The notes under the pieces: generated by a model | Seen by the model: only the letters and a program-made list of their open reading frames with translations | Databases searched by the model: none | What the model was told of the DNA's origin: nothing | Virus record (IMG/VR): IMGVR_UViG_2917408641_000004 | DNA: 44,025 nucleotides | Direction: 5' to 3' (one strand) | Source of the DNA: a virus | Taxonomy: Duplodnaviria > Heunggongvirae > Uroviricota > Caudoviricetes | Made by a program: the position numbers and the translations under genes | In this document: positions 28,681 to 38,667 of the stretch, one piece after another | How the letters are laid out: the number at the start of each line of letters is the position of its first letter | Numbering within the stretch: the first letter of the stretch is position 1

Positions 28681-30639
28681 ATGCAGGCAGGTCACCAGAG
28701 TGACGCGGATATTTATATTTATGACGAGATTGGTTTCTGGGGTGTTACGGCGAAGCAGTTTATCAGTGATCTGAATGCACTGGGCGATATCACCCACATT
28801 AATCTCCATATTAATTCACCGGGTGGCGATGTCTTTGAAGGCATCGCCATTTTTAATGCACTGAAAACACATGGTGCGTCCATTACCGTTTATGTCGACG
28901 GTGTGGCGGCGTCAATGGCGTCGGTCATTGCGATGGTGGGAAACCCGGTCATTATGCCGGAAAACTCCTTCATGATGATTCATAAACCATTTGGATTTAC
29001 GGGCGGTGATGCGGAGGACATGCGCACCTATGCCGACCTGCTCGATAAAGTTGAGGCGGTTCTGTTACCCGCTTATGCACAGAAAACCGGGAAAACCACC
29101 GATGAAATTGCTGCCATGCTGGCGGATGAGACCTGGATGTCCGGTGCCGAATGTCTGGCACAGGGATTTGCTGATCAGGTGACACCAGCCGTTAAGGCAA
29201 TGGCATGTATTCAGTCAAAACGTACAGAGGAATTTAAAAAGATGCCGGAATCCATTCGAAACATGATTACTCCGCCACGCAACAGTGCTCCACGCGTACA
29301 GGATGATGAACCTGCAGCCTCCCGGACGCCAGTGCAGGCAGCAGCACCCGTGGTGGATGAAAACAGTATCCGTGCGCAGGTACTGGCAGAGCAAAAAGCG
29401 CGTGTAAACGGTATTAATGATCTGTTTGCCATGTTTGGCGGGCGTTATCAGACGCTGCAGGCCCAGTGTCTTGCCGATCCTGAATGTTCGCTGGAGCAGG
29501 CCCGTGAAAAGCTGTTGAACGAGATGGGGCGCGAGTCCACGCCATCCAATAAAAATACCCCGGCTCATATTTATGCCGGTAACGGTAATTTTGTGGGGGA
29601 CGGGATTCGCCAGGCGCTGATGGCGCGTGCCGGATTTGAAAAAACCGAACGTGATAATGTCTACAACGGGATGACCCTGCGTGAATATGCCCGTATGTCA
29701 CTAACTGAACGGGGTATTGGGGTTTCCGGTTATAACCCGATGCAGATGGTCGGTGCGGCGTTCACACACAGTACGTCTGACTTCGGTAATATTCTGCTGG
29801 ATGTTGCGAACAAAGCCATTCTGCAGGGCTGGGAAGATGCCCCTGAAACCTATGAACAGTGGACGCGGAAAGGTCAGTTGTCTGATTTTAAAATTGCCCA
29901 TCGTGTGGGTATGGGGGGCTTCAGTGCTCTGCGTCAGGTGCGTGAAGGGGCGGAATATAAATACGTCACCACCGGAGATAAACAGGCCACTATTGCACTG
30001 GCGACCTATGGCGAGCTGTTCAGTATCACCCGTCAGGCCATTATCAATGATGATCTGAATATGCTGACCGATGTCCCGATGAAACTGGGCCGTGCGGCGA
30101 AATCCACTATTGCCGATCTGGTTTATGCCATTCTGACGTCTAACCCGAAAATCTCCACAGATAATGTAAGTCTGTTCGATAAAGCGAAACATGCAAACGT
30201 ACTGGAGAGCGCTGCAATGGACGTGGCATCGCTGGATAAAGCCCGCCAGTTGATGCGCGTTCAGAAAGAGGGGGAGCGTCATCTGAATATTCGTCCTGCG
30301 TTCGTACTGGTACCGACGGCGATGGAGTCTGTTGCTAACCAGGTCATTCGCTCCTCAAGTGTCAAGGGGGCTGACATTAACGCCGGTATTATTAACCCGG
30401 TGAAAGATTTTGCGACCGTTATTGCAGAGCCTCGTCTTGATGATAACAGCCAGACCACCTTCTACCTGGCTGCGTCAAAAGGCTCCGATACGATTGAAGT
30501 GGCTTATCTCAACGGTGTGGATACGCTATATATTGATCAGATGGAGGGCTTCAGTGTGGATGGCGTGACAACGAAAGTGCGTATTGACGCCGGTGTCGCG
30601 CCAGTTGATCACCGCGGTCTGGTGAAATGTACGGCGTAA
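28681..30639 (+). CDS. Fused prohead protease (ClpP-like) - scaffold - major capsid protein
   Basis: 652 aa; N-terminal ClpP/S14 protease fold (YIYDEIGFWGV..INSPGGDVFEGIAIFNAL..SMASVIAMVG..MIHKP), central coiled-coil-like region, C-terminal HK97-fold-type capsid region; single uninterrupted frame. Confidence 0.75.
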   Translation: MQAGHQSDADIYIYDEIGFWGVTAKQFISDLNALGDITHINLHINSPGGDVFEGIAIFNALKTHGASITVYVDGVAASMASVIAMVGNPVIMPENSFMMIHKPFGFTGGDAEDMRTYADLLDKVEAVLLPAYAQKTGKTTDEIAAMLADETWMSGAECLAQGFADQVTPAVKAMACIQSKRTEEFKKMPESIRNMITPPRNSAPRVQDDEPAASRTPVQAAAPVVDENSIRAQVLAEQKARVNGINDLFAMFGGRYQTLQAQCLADPECSLEQAREKLLNEMGRESTPSNKNTPAHIYAGNGNFVGDGIRQALMARAGFEKTERDNVYNGMTLREYARMSLTERGIGVSGYNPMQMVGAAFTHSTSDFGNILLDVANKAILQGWEDAPETYEQWTRKGQLSDFKIAHRVGMGGFSALRQVREGAEYKYVTTGDKQATIALATYGELFSITRQAIINDDLNMLTDVPMKLGRAAKSTIADLVYAILTSNPKISTDNVSLFDKAKHANVLESAAMDVASLDKARQLMRVQKEGERHLNIRPAFVLVPTAMESVANQVIRSSSVKGADINAGIINPVKDFATVIAEPRLDDNSQTTFYLAASKGSDTIEVAYLNGVDTLYIDQMEGFSVDGVTTKVRIDAGVAPVDHRGLVKCTA

Positions 30640-30663
30640 ACGTCGCAGACAACAACTCTGATG

Positions 30664-30682
30664 GCCCGTAAGGGCTTTTTTT
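30664..30682 (+). terminator. Weak terminator-like hairpin after capsid gene
   Basis: GCCC-GTAA-GGGC followed by TTTTTTT. Confidence 0.35.
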
Positions 30683-30725
30683 GTACCTGAAATCAGCCCC
30701 TGAACGGGGCTGTGCGGAGACAGTT

Positions 30726-31049
30726 ATGGCAAAGAATTTTGTAGAAGAAGGAAAAACGGTGGCGATTGTTGCCAGTGCAGCCATCAGCAGCGGAGATCTG
30801 GTGCAGGTGGGCGATGTTTTTGCGGTGGCGCTGACCGATATTCCACAGGGTGAAACAGGCGACGGCATGACCGAAGGTGTGTTTATGCTGCCTAAGCTGA
30901 AAACGGATGACATGAAAACGGGTAAGAAGGTTTATCTGAAGTCCGGAAAAGTTCAGCTGACTAACAGCGGCTCTGATCCGCTGGTCGGGGTTGTCTGGGC
31001 AGATGCCGGAACCAGTGCAGAAGAAGTGCCGGTAAAACTCAATGTCTGA
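30726..31049 (+). CDS. Head-associated protein (possible decoration/DUF2190-like)
   Basis: 107 aa from ATG 30726 (SD GGAGA); Gly/Val-rich small protein between capsid and head-tail genes. Confidence 0.4.
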   Translation: MAKNFVEEGKTVAIVASAAISSGDLVQVGDVFAVALTDIPQGETGDGMTEGVFMLPKLKTDDMKTGKKVYLKSGKVQLTNSGSDPLVGVVWADAGTSAEEVPVKLNV

Positions 31050-31317
31050 TCCCTTTTCCCGGCTGGCAGCGCGTATGGATGCTATCACGGTTAGAAAGAT
31101 GGGAAAGACAGCCTCGATTAATGATGTCGATATGACTGTGATCCCGGGAGAAACACTGGCAGAGCTGAATGCTCTGTCCGGACCTGCGGTCTCTCTGGTG
31201 GTGTTTTCTTCGGGATACCGCCCACGGCGCGGGGATCGCGTTGTTTATGACGGACAACAATGGACGGTCACACGGAATGAACGCTTTAACGGTAAGCCAA
31301 TGATCTTTATTGAGTAA
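31042..31317 (+). CDS. Head-tail joining protein, lambda FII-like
   Basis: 91 aa; position before Z; RRGD and W.V.R motifs as in gpFII. Confidence 0.55.
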   Translation: MSDPFSRLAARMDAITVRKMGKTASINDVDMTVIPGETLAELNALSGPAVSLVVFSSGYRPRRGDRVVYDGQQWTVTRNERFNGKPMIFIE

Positions 31318-31328
31318 AGAGGTGTGGG

Positions 31329-31907
31329 ATGAAGGGGCTTGAGAATGCCATCCGCAATCTGAACAGCCTTGATACCCGTATGGTGCCACAGGCCAGCGCA
31401 TGGGCGATAAACCGTGTGGCACAGAAAGCGGTCTCGGTTACCACCCGGCAGGTTGCCGGGAATACCGTTGCGGGAGATAACCAGGTGAAAGGGATCCCCC
31501 TGAAACTGGTACGTCAGCGTGTCCGGGTGTTTAAAGCCAGTCCGTCAGGAAAAATGACGGCCAGGATCCGCGTTAACCGGGGCAATCTGCCTGCCATTAA
31601 GCTGGGGACAGCCCGGGTCAGACTGGCCCGGCGTGGTGGAAAACTGCAGTACCGTGGCAGTGTGCTGAAGGTGGGTAAATATCTTTTCCGGGATGCGTTT
31701 ATTCAGCAACTGGCGAATGGTCGCTGGCATGTGATGCGGCGTATTGATGGCAAAAATCGTTACCCCATTGATGTGGTGAAAATCCCGCTGTCCGGACAGC
31801 TGACACAGGCATTTGAAGATGCCCGCGACCGCATCATTGCTGCGGAAATGCCGAAACAGCTGGGGTATGCACTGAAACAACAACTGAGGTTATGGCTGGC
31901 CCGATGA
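31329..31907 (+). CDS. Z: Tail completion protein Z
   Basis: 192 aa starting MKGLENAIRNLNSL; SD AGAGG; lambda gpZ-like in size and sequence. Confidence 0.8.
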   Translation: MKGLENAIRNLNSLDTRMVPQASAWAINRVAQKAVSVTTRQVAGNTVAGDNQVKGIPLKLVRQRVRVFKASPSGKMTARIRVNRGNLPAIKLGTARVRLARRGGKLQYRGSVLKVGKYLFRDAFIQQLANGRWHVMRRIDGKNRYPIDVVKIPLSGQLTQAFEDARDRIIAAEMPKQLGYALKQQLRLWLAR

Positions 31908-32305
31908 ACCGACATACACAAATCCGCCAGGTCGTACTGGCACGCCTTCGAGAACAGTGTGGAGACAGCGCCACGTTTTTTGACGGGCTTCCGGCATTTG
32001 TTGATGCGCAGGAACTGCCTGCCGTGGCGGTGTGGCTGAGTGATGCTCAGTACACCGGAAAAATGACGGATGAAGATGACTGGCAGGCTGTTCTGCATAT
32101 TGCTGTCTTCATCCGGGCACAGGCACCGGATTCAGAGCTGGATATGTGGATGGAGAGCACCATTTTCCCGGCCCTGAATGATGTACCAGCACTTTCCGGA
32201 CTCATCGACACCCTGATCCCACTCGGTTTTAACTATCAACGTGATAATGAGATGGCCACCTGGGCGATGGCGGAAATCACGTACCAGATCACGTACACGA
32301 ATTAA
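31904..32305 (+). CDS. U: Tail terminator protein U
   Basis: 133 aa from ATG 31904 (ATGA overlap with Z); ..ATFFDG..PAVAV..DSELD.WMES..PALS..ITY matches gpU. Confidence 0.8.
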   Translation: MNRHTQIRQVVLARLREQCGDSATFFDGLPAFVDAQELPAVAVWLSDAQYTGKMTDEDDWQAVLHIAVFIRAQAPDSELDMWMESTIFPALNDVPALSGLIDTLIPLGFNYQRDNEMATWAMAEITYQITYTN

Positions 32306-32315
32306 GGAGGTGGTA

Positions 32316-33059
32316 ATGACCACACCAAATCCACTGGCAAAAACGAAAGGTGCGGGAACGACGTTCTGGATGTATACCGGCAAGGGCGATGCGTTTGCGA
32401 ACCCTTTATCGGACACTGACTGGCTGCGTCTTGCGATGGTGAAGGATCTGCAACCTGGCGAAATGACCGCTGATGCAGAAGATGACACTTATCTCGATGA
32501 TGAAGATGCAGACTGGAAAACGACAACCCAGGGGCAGAAATCCGTTGGTGATACTTCGGCGACGCTGGCCTGGCGTCCGGGTGACAGCGGGCAGAAAAAA
32601 CTGGTTCAGTTGTTCGACTCCGGTGAAGTCTGCGCGTTTCGTATCAAATATCCCAACAGCACTGTTGATGTTTTCCGTGGCTGGCTGAGCTCACTGGGTA
32701 AAACCATTGCCTCAAAAGACGTGATGACCCGCACTGTGAAAATCAGCGGTGTGGGGCGTCCGTATCTGGCAGAGGAAGGCACTGAAACCGTGAGCGTTAC
32801 CGGGCTGACAGTATCACCGGCATCTGCCAGTGTAAAAGTGGGAGCAACCACCACGCTGACCTTTACAGTAAAACCTGACGGAGCCAGTGACAAAGCGATC
32901 AGTGTGCATTCGTCAGATCCACAGACTGCCACGGTTACCCTGAACGGACTTGTGGCCACGGTAAAAGGCGTGAAGCAGGGCAGTGTCAGCATTGTGGGCA
33001 TGACCGCTGACGGGAATTTTGTGGCTGTGGCTGCGGTGACTGTCAGCGCAGCAGGTTAA
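32316..33059 (+). CDS. V: Major tail protein V with C-terminal Ig-like domain
   Basis: 247 aa from ATG 32316 (SD AAGGAGG); ..KGAGTTFWMYTGKGDAFANPLSD..YLDDEDADW..VDVFRGWLSS.. matches gpV. Confidence 0.9.
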   Translation: MTTPNPLAKTKGAGTTFWMYTGKGDAFANPLSDTDWLRLAMVKDLQPGEMTADAEDDTYLDDEDADWKTTTQGQKSVGDTSATLAWRPGDSGQKKLVQLFDSGEVCAFRIKYPNSTVDVFRGWLSSLGKTIASKDVMTRTVKISGVGRPYLAEEGTETVSVTGLTVSPASASVKVGATTTLTFTVKPDGASDKAISVHSSDPQTATVTLNGLVATVKGVKQGSVSIVGMTADGNFVAVAAVTVSAAG

Positions 33060-33079
33060 CAGGACGATACTCATCATTT

Positions 33080-33103
33080 GCCCCGGTTATTCGGGGCTTT
33101 TTT
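33080..33103 (+). terminator. Terminator-like hairpin after major tail gene
   Basis: GCCCCG-GTTATT-CGGGGC followed by TTTTTT. Confidence 0.5.
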
Positions 33104-33116
33104 GCAGGTGGAGAAC

Positions 33117-33506
33117 ATGATGTTTCTGAAACAGGACACGTTTAATTATGAAAAACAGTCCGTGGTGCTCAGTGAGCTGTCCGGGCTGCAGAGAATTGAA
33201 TATCTGACGTTTGTTCAGCAGCGAACGGCAAAGTTTGATGCCGGGGAGGGAGAACTGCCGGAGGCTGAACGACAGATTGCTTTTCTGCGGATGGGGATGG
33301 ATATCAATGCCTGGCTGGTTTCCCGCTCACTGTGGAATGCGGAACAGTCTCAGGATGTTGAGACGCTTTACGCATCCGTTATTACAACATGGTCGTATGA
33401 TGCCCTGGGTGCGGGGGCGGAGATGGTTCTGTCGCTGAGCGGTATGGGGGCCATTGATAATGCCGGGGATTTGGAGCATGAGGTGCTGACGCCGGAAAAG
33501 TCCTGA
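33117..33506 (+). CDS. G: Tail assembly chaperone G
   Basis: About 130 aa starting MMFLKQDTFN; ..LSELSGLQRIE..SLW.. as in gpG. Confidence 0.8.
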   Translation: MMFLKQDTFNYEKQSVVLSELSGLQRIEYLTFVQQRTAKFDAGEGELPEAERQIAFLRMGMDINAWLVSRSLWNAEQSQDVETLYASVITTWSYDALGAGAEMVLSLSGMGAIDNAGDLEHEVLTPEKS

Positions 33507-33844
33507 CGCGGGAAATGCAGTTTGTCATGCGGCTTGCCCGGGAGTTCCGGCGGGCAGACTGGCGGCGGATGCTGTCGGAAATGTCGGCCACTGAGCTTGG
33601 TGAGTGGGGCGATTATTTCCGGATGCAGAGCTTCAGTGATGTGTGGATGGATGCGCAGTTTGCCTCGCTGAAGGCATTGATCGTGAGAATGGTGTCCGGC
33701 AGCAGTGATGCTGCGGTGGCTGATTTCAGCCTTTTACCGGAAGAGAACGGGATACCGGAGCGAACGGACGAAGAACTGATGCATCTTGGGGAAGGTATTT
33801 CCGGAGGTGTGCGTTATGGACCAGATAGCCAACCTGGTCATTGA
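33482..33844 (+). CDS. T: Tail assembly chaperone T segment, probably expressed as G-T fusion by -1 frameshift
   Basis: ORF in the -1 frame relative to G, open from 33482, overlapping the last 7 codons of G; arrangement identical to lambda G/T. Confidence 0.65.
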   Translation, partial: GADAGKVLTREMQFVMRLAREFRRADWRRMLSEMSATELGEWGDYFRMQSFSDVWMDAQFASLKALIVRMVSGSSDAAVADFSLLPEENGIPERTDEELMHLGEGISGGVRYGPDSQPGH

Positions 33845-36800
33845 TTTGGGGATTGATGCGGCAGAGTTTAAAAATGAAATTCCCCGTATCAAAAACCTTC
33901 TGAATGGTGCAGCCAGCGATGCAGAACGGTCTTCTGCCCGTATGCAGCGTTTTATGGAGCGTCAGACTCAGGCCGCCCGGCAGACAACGCAGGCGGCGTC
34001 TTCGGCTGCAACAGCCGCATCCGTCCATGCGCAGACGGTGGAGAAGAACGCACAGGCTCATGAACGCATGGCCCGCGAGGTGGAGAAAACCCGCCAGCGT
34101 ATGGAGGCACTGAGCCAGAAAATGCGCGAGGAACAGGCGCAGGCCATGGCTCTGGCGGAGGCTCAGGATAAAGCAGCTGCTGCGTTTTATCGTCAGATTG
34201 ACAGTGTGAAACAGGCCAGTGCGGGGCTGCAGGAATTACAGCGTATTCAGCAGCAGATCCGACAGGCCAGAAACAGTGGCGGGATTGGTCAGCAGGATTA
34301 TCTGGCGCTGATTTCTGAGGTTACGGCGAAAACCCGTGTTCTTACGCAGGCTGAGGAAGAGGCTACCCGACAGAAAGTGGCGTTTATCCGTCAGCTTAAA
34401 GAGCAGGCAACCCGCCAGAATCTTTCTTCTTCTGAGTTGCTTCGTGCTAAGGCTGCCCAGCTGGGGGTAAGCAGTGCTGCAGAAGTGTATATCCGCAAAA
34501 TGGAGCAGGCAGGAAAAGCCACGCATTCGCTGGGTCTGAAAAGTGCAGCGGCCCGCCAGGAGATAGGCGTTCTGATAGGTGAACTGGCCCGCGGCAATTT
34601 AGGGGCGCTGAGGGGATCCGGGATAACGCTGGCTAACCGTGCCGGATGGATAGACACTCTGATGTCACCGAAAGGCATGATGCTTGGCGGGGTTATTGGC
34701 GGTATTGCCGCGTCCGTCTATGGTCTGGGTAAAGCCTGGTATGACGGTCAGAAGGAGGGGGAAGAATTTAACCGCCAGTTGTCGCTGACGGGGCATTATG
34801 CCGGAGTCACTGCCGGGCAGCTGTGGACGCTCAGTCGTGCTATTTCCGGGAATGGTATCACGCAACATGCTGCAGCCGGTGCGCTGGCTCAGGTGGTGGG
34901 GAGTGGTGCATTTCGTGGAAACGATATCGGTATGGTGGCGAGAGCTGCCGCACAGATGGAGCGATCGGTTGGCCAGTCGGTCAGCGATACCATAAATCAG
35001 TTTAAGCGGCTGAAGGATGATCCTGTAAATGCCGCGAAGGCTCTGGACAATGAGCTGCATTTTCTTACTGCCACTCAGCTTGAGCAGATACGTGTCCTTG
35101 GGGATCAGGGACGGTCCAGTGATGCTGCACGGATAGCCATGTCTGCACTGGCAGAGGAAACCGGTCGGCGTACTGCGGATATTGATAATAACCTCAATGC
35201 GCTTGGCAGTACGCTGAAGTATCTGTCTGATTTGTGGAGTCGTTTCTGGGATGCGGCCATGAATATTGGTCGTGAAGACTCGCTGGATGAACAGATTGCC
35301 GCTTTACAGGAGAAAGTGTCGCGGGCGAAAAGACTCCCCTGGACGGCATCATCTTCTCAGGTTGAATACGATCAGCAGCGTCTTAACGATCTTCAGGAGA
35401 AAAAACGCCAGAAGGATTTGCAGGATGCAAAAGAGCAGGCAGAGCGGAATTATCAGGAGCAACAGAAACGACGTAATGCTGAAAATGCTGCACTGAACCG
35501 GATGAATGAAACGGAAGCAGCACGACATCAGCGTGAAATTGCGCGTATTAATTCCATGCAGTACGCCGATCAGGCTGTCAGGGATGCAGCGATACAACGT
35601 GAAAATGAACGTTACGAGAAAGCCCTGGCATCCGGTAAGAAAAAAACACGCGAAACCCGTAATGATGAGGCCACCCGGTTATTGCTGCAGTACAGTCAGC
35701 AACAGGCACAGGTGGAAGGACAGATTGCTGCTGCAAGACAGTCAGCAGGCATTGCCACTGAAAAGATGACAGAAGCGCATAAACAGCTTCTGGCTCTGCA
35801 GCAGCGCATCAGCGATCTGGACGGGAAAAAACTGACGGCAGATGAAAAGAGTGTGCTGGCCCGTAAAGATGAACTGATTCAGGCACTGACGCTGCTGGAT
35901 GTAAAACAGCAGGAGCTTCAGAAACAGACGGCACTCAACGATCTGAAGAAAAAAACAATTCAGCTGACCAGTCAACTGGCTGAAGAAGAGCGCGCTCAGC
36001 GTCAGCAACATGACCTGGATATCGCCACGGTGGGTATGGGTGATCAGCAGCGGCAGCGATATCAGGTACAACTGAGTCTTCGCCAGAAATACCAGCAACA
36101 GCTGGAGCAGTTGAGGCGGGATAGTGAGCAGAAAGGGACATATAACACGGATGACTACAGAAAGGCCGAGCAGGCGCTGACGGAGAGCCTGAACCGACAA
36201 CTGAATGAGAATCGCCGTTACTGGCAACAGCTTGAAGTTGTGCAGGGTAACTGGAAAAACGGAGTCCTGCGTGCATTTCAGGATTTTACCGTGGATGCAG
36301 ACAATACGGCAGGAACAGCAGAACAGGTGTTCTCGTCAGCCTTCAGCAACATGGGAAATGGCCTGGCAACTTTTGTCACTACCGGCAAACTCAACTTCAA
36401 ATCCTTCACCTCTTCGGTGCTGTCAGATATGGCGAAAATCCTGGCGCAGGCAACCATGATGAAATCGATAAAAGGGATTGGCAGTGTACTGGGATTTGAT
36501 CTCAGCAGCCTTTCCCTGAATGCCAATGGGGGGATTTATCAGTCTGCTGATTTGAGTCGTTACAGTGGCACGGTGGTTAACCGTCCGACGTTTTTTGCTT
36601 TTGCAAAAGGCGCGGGTGTGATGGGGGAAGCTGGACCTGAAGCCATTCTGCCACTGCGTCGTGGTGCTGACGGTAAGCTGGGGGTTGTGGCGGATATTGG
36701 TGGTTCAGGTATGGCGATGTTTGCCCCGCAGTACAACATCGAGATCAATAACGATGGCACGAACGGGCAGATAGGTCCGGCTGCCCTGAAGGTGGTTTAT

Positions 36801-36881
36801 GACCTTGGGAAAAAAGCGGCAGCGGACTTTATGCAACAGCAGGCCCGTGATGGTGGTCGGTTAAGTGGAGCATATCGGTAA
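33816..36881 (+). CDS. H: Tail tape measure protein H
   Basis: 1021 aa from ATG 33816 (SD GGAGGTG); long coiled-coil-rich protein with C-terminal Gly-rich region; position between T and M. Confidence 0.9.
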   Translation: MDQIANLVIDLGIDAAEFKNEIPRIKNLLNGAASDAERSSARMQRFMERQTQAARQTTQAASSAATAASVHAQTVEKNAQAHERMAREVEKTRQRMEALSQKMREEQAQAMALAEAQDKAAAAFYRQIDSVKQASAGLQELQRIQQQIRQARNSGGIGQQDYLALISEVTAKTRVLTQAEEEATRQKVAFIRQLKEQATRQNLSSSELLRAKAAQLGVSSAAEVYIRKMEQAGKATHSLGLKSAAARQEIGVLIGELARGNLGALRGSGITLANRAGWIDTLMSPKGMMLGGVIGGIAASVYGLGKAWYDGQKEGEEFNRQLSLTGHYAGVTAGQLWTLSRAISGNGITQHAAAGALAQVVGSGAFRGNDIGMVARAAAQMERSVGQSVSDTINQFKRLKDDPVNAAKALDNELHFLTATQLEQIRVLGDQGRSSDAARIAMSALAEETGRRTADIDNNLNALGSTLKYLSDLWSRFWDAAMNIGREDSLDEQIAALQEKVSRAKRLPWTASSSQVEYDQQRLNDLQEKKRQKDLQDAKEQAERNYQEQQKRRNAENAALNRMNETEAARHQREIARINSMQYADQAVRDAAIQRENERYEKALASGKKKTRETRNDEATRLLLQYSQQQAQVEGQIAAARQSAGIATEKMTEAHKQLLALQQRISDLDGKKLTADEKSVLARKDELIQALTLLDVKQQELQKQTALNDLKKKTIQLTSQLAEEERAQRQQHDLDIATVGMGDQQRQRYQVQLSLRQKYQQQLEQLRRDSEQKGTYNTDDYRKAEQALTESLNRQLNENRRYWQQLEVVQGNWKNGVLRAFQDFTVDADNTAGTAEQVFSSAFSNMGNGLATFVTTGKLNFKSFTSSVLSDMAKILAQATMMKSIKGIGSVLGFDLSSLSLNANGGIYQSADLSRYSGTVVNRPTFFAFAKGAGVMGEAGPEAILPLRRGADGKLGVVADIGGSGMAMFAPQYNIEINNDGTNGQIGPAALKVVYDLGKKAAADFMQQQARDGGRLSGAYR

Positions 36882-37210
36882 TGGAGACGTTTCACTGGAA
36901 AGTGCGCCCGGATATGAATGTGGTATCAGAGCCGAAAGTGGTGACAGTGAAGCTGGGCGATGGTTATGAACAGCGTCGTGCGGCGGGACTGAATAACCAG
37001 TTGTCGACTTACAGCGTGACGATACGTGTTCGTAAATGTGAACACCCATCTTTAAAAGCCTTTCTGGAACGGCACGGTGGCGTCCGCGCATTTCAGTGGA
37101 CGCCACCTTATGACTGGAAGCCGATCAGGGTGGTTTGTCGTAAATGGTCGGCAAGCGTGGGGGCGTTGTGGGTAACCATAACGGCAGATTTTGAACAGGT
37201 CGTGGCATAG
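36881..37210 (+). CDS. M: Minor tail protein M
   Basis: 109 aa; METFHWKVRPDM..FGDGY..TYSV..GG..F.WTPPY.W matches gpM. Confidence 0.9.
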   Translation: METFHWKVRPDMNVVSEPKVVTVKLGDGYEQRRAAGLNNQLSTYSVTIRVRKCEHPSLKAFLERHGGVRAFQWTPPYDWKPIRVVCRKWSASVGALWVTITADFEQVVA

Positions 37211-37219
37211 GAGTCTCTG

Positions 37220-37918
37220 ATGCAGGATATTCCACAGGAAACACATCATGAGACGACACGCCTCACTCAGTCAGCCCAGGTGGTGCTCTGGGAAATCGAT
37301 CTGACAGTGGTCGGTGGAGAACGTTATTTTTTCTGTAATGAGCAGAACGAAAAAGGTGAGCCGGTCACCTGGCAGGGGCGACAGTATCAGGCGTATCCCA
37401 TTCAGGGGACGGGATTTGAACTGAACGGCAAGGGCAGTGCTGCCCGTCCGACACTGACGGTTTCTAACCTGCACGGCATGGTCACCGGGATGGCGGAAGA
37501 CCTGCAGAGTCTGGTCGGCGGAACGGTGGTCCGGCGTAAGGTTTACGCCCGTTTTCTGGATGCGGTGAACTTCGTCAACGGAAACAGTGACGCCGATCCG
37601 GAGCAGGAGGTGATCAGCCGCTGGCGCATTGAGCAGTGCAGCGAACTGAGCGCGGTGAGTGCCTCCTTTGTACTGTCCACGCCGACGGAAACGGATGGCG
37701 CTGTTTTTCCGGGACGTATCATGCTGGCCAACACCTGCACCTGGACCTATCGCGGTGACGAGTGCGGTTATAGCGGTCCGGCTGTCGCGGATGAATATGA
37801 CCAGCCAACGTCCGATATCACGAAGGATAAATGCAGCAAATGCCTGAGCGGTTGTAAGTTCCGCAATAACGTCGGCAACTTTGGCGGCTTCCTTTCCATT
37901 AACAAACTTTCGCAGTAA
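37220..37918 (+). CDS. L: Minor tail protein L
   Basis: 232 aa; gpL-like, with C-terminal Cys cluster (CTWTYRGDECGY..CSKCLSGC). Confidence 0.9.
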   Translation: MQDIPQETHHETTRLTQSAQVVLWEIDLTVVGGERYFFCNEQNEKGEPVTWQGRQYQAYPIQGTGFELNGKGSAARPTLTVSNLHGMVTGMAEDLQSLVGGTVVRRKVYARFLDAVNFVNGNSDADPEQEVISRWRIEQCSELSAVSASFVLSTPTETDGAVFPGRIMLANTCTWTYRGDECGYSGPAVADEYDQPTSDITKDKCSKCLSGCKFRNNVGNFGGFLSINKLSQ

Positions 37919-37923
37919 ATCCC

Positions 37924-38667
37924 ATGACACAGACAGAATCAGAGATTCTGGCGCACGCCCGGCGATGTGCGCCAGCGGAGTCGTGCGGCTTCGTGGTAAG
38001 CACGCCGGAGGGGGAAAGATATTTCCCCTGCGTGAATATCTCCGGTGAGCCGGAGGCGTATTTCCGTATGTCGCCGGAAGACTGGCTGCAGGCAGAAATG
38101 CAGGGTGAGATTGTGGCGCTGGTCCACAGCCACCCCGGTGGTCTGCCCTGGCTGAGTGAGGCCGACCGGCGGCTGCAGGTGCAGAGTGATTTGCCGTGGT
38201 GGCTGGTCTGCCGGGGGGCGATTCACAAGTTCCGCTGTGTGCCACATCTTTCCGGGCGGCGCTTTGAGCACGGGGTGACGGACTGTTACACGCTGTTCCG
38301 GGATGCTTACCATCTGGCGGGGATTGAGATGCCGGATTTTCATCGCGAGGATGACTGGTGGCGTAACGGTCAGAATCTCTATCTGGATAATCTGGAGGCC
38401 ACAGGGCTGTATCAGGTGCCGTTGTCAGCGGCGCAGCCGGGCGATGTGCTGCTGTGCTGTTTTGGTTCATCGGTGCCGAATCATGCCGCCATTTACTGTG
38501 GTGACAGCGAGCTGCTGCACCATATTCCTGAACAACTGAGCAAACGAGAGAGGTACACCGACAAATGGCAGCGACGCACACACTCCCTCTGGCGTCACCG
38601 GGCATGGCACGCATCTGCCTTTACGGGGATTTACAACGATTTGGCCGCCGCATCGACCTTCGAGTGA
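37924..38667 (+). CDS. K: Tail assembly protein K (NlpC/P60 + MPN/JAB-like)
   Basis: 247 aa; HSHPGG JAB-type motif; conserved Cys/His of NlpC/P60-like domain. Confidence 0.85.
   Translation: MTQTESEILAHARRCAPAESCGFVVSTPEGERYFPCVNISGEPEAYFRMSPEDWLQAEMQGEIVALVHSHPGGLPWLSEADRRLQVQSDLPWWLVCRGAIHKFRCVPHLSGRRFEHGVTDCYTLFRDAYHLAGIEMPDFHREDDWWRNGQNLYLDNLEATGLYQVPLSAAQPGDVLLCCFGSSVPNHAAIYCGDSELLHHIPEQLSKRERYTDKWQRRTHSLWRHRAWHASAFTGIYNDLAAASTFE

Noticed and set aside
37271-38614. 447-aa minus-strand ORF overlapping tail genes L and K
   Set aside because: Antisense to two well-supported tail genes; translation is Pro/Arg/Ala-rich low-complexity sequence typical of GC-rich antisense frames.
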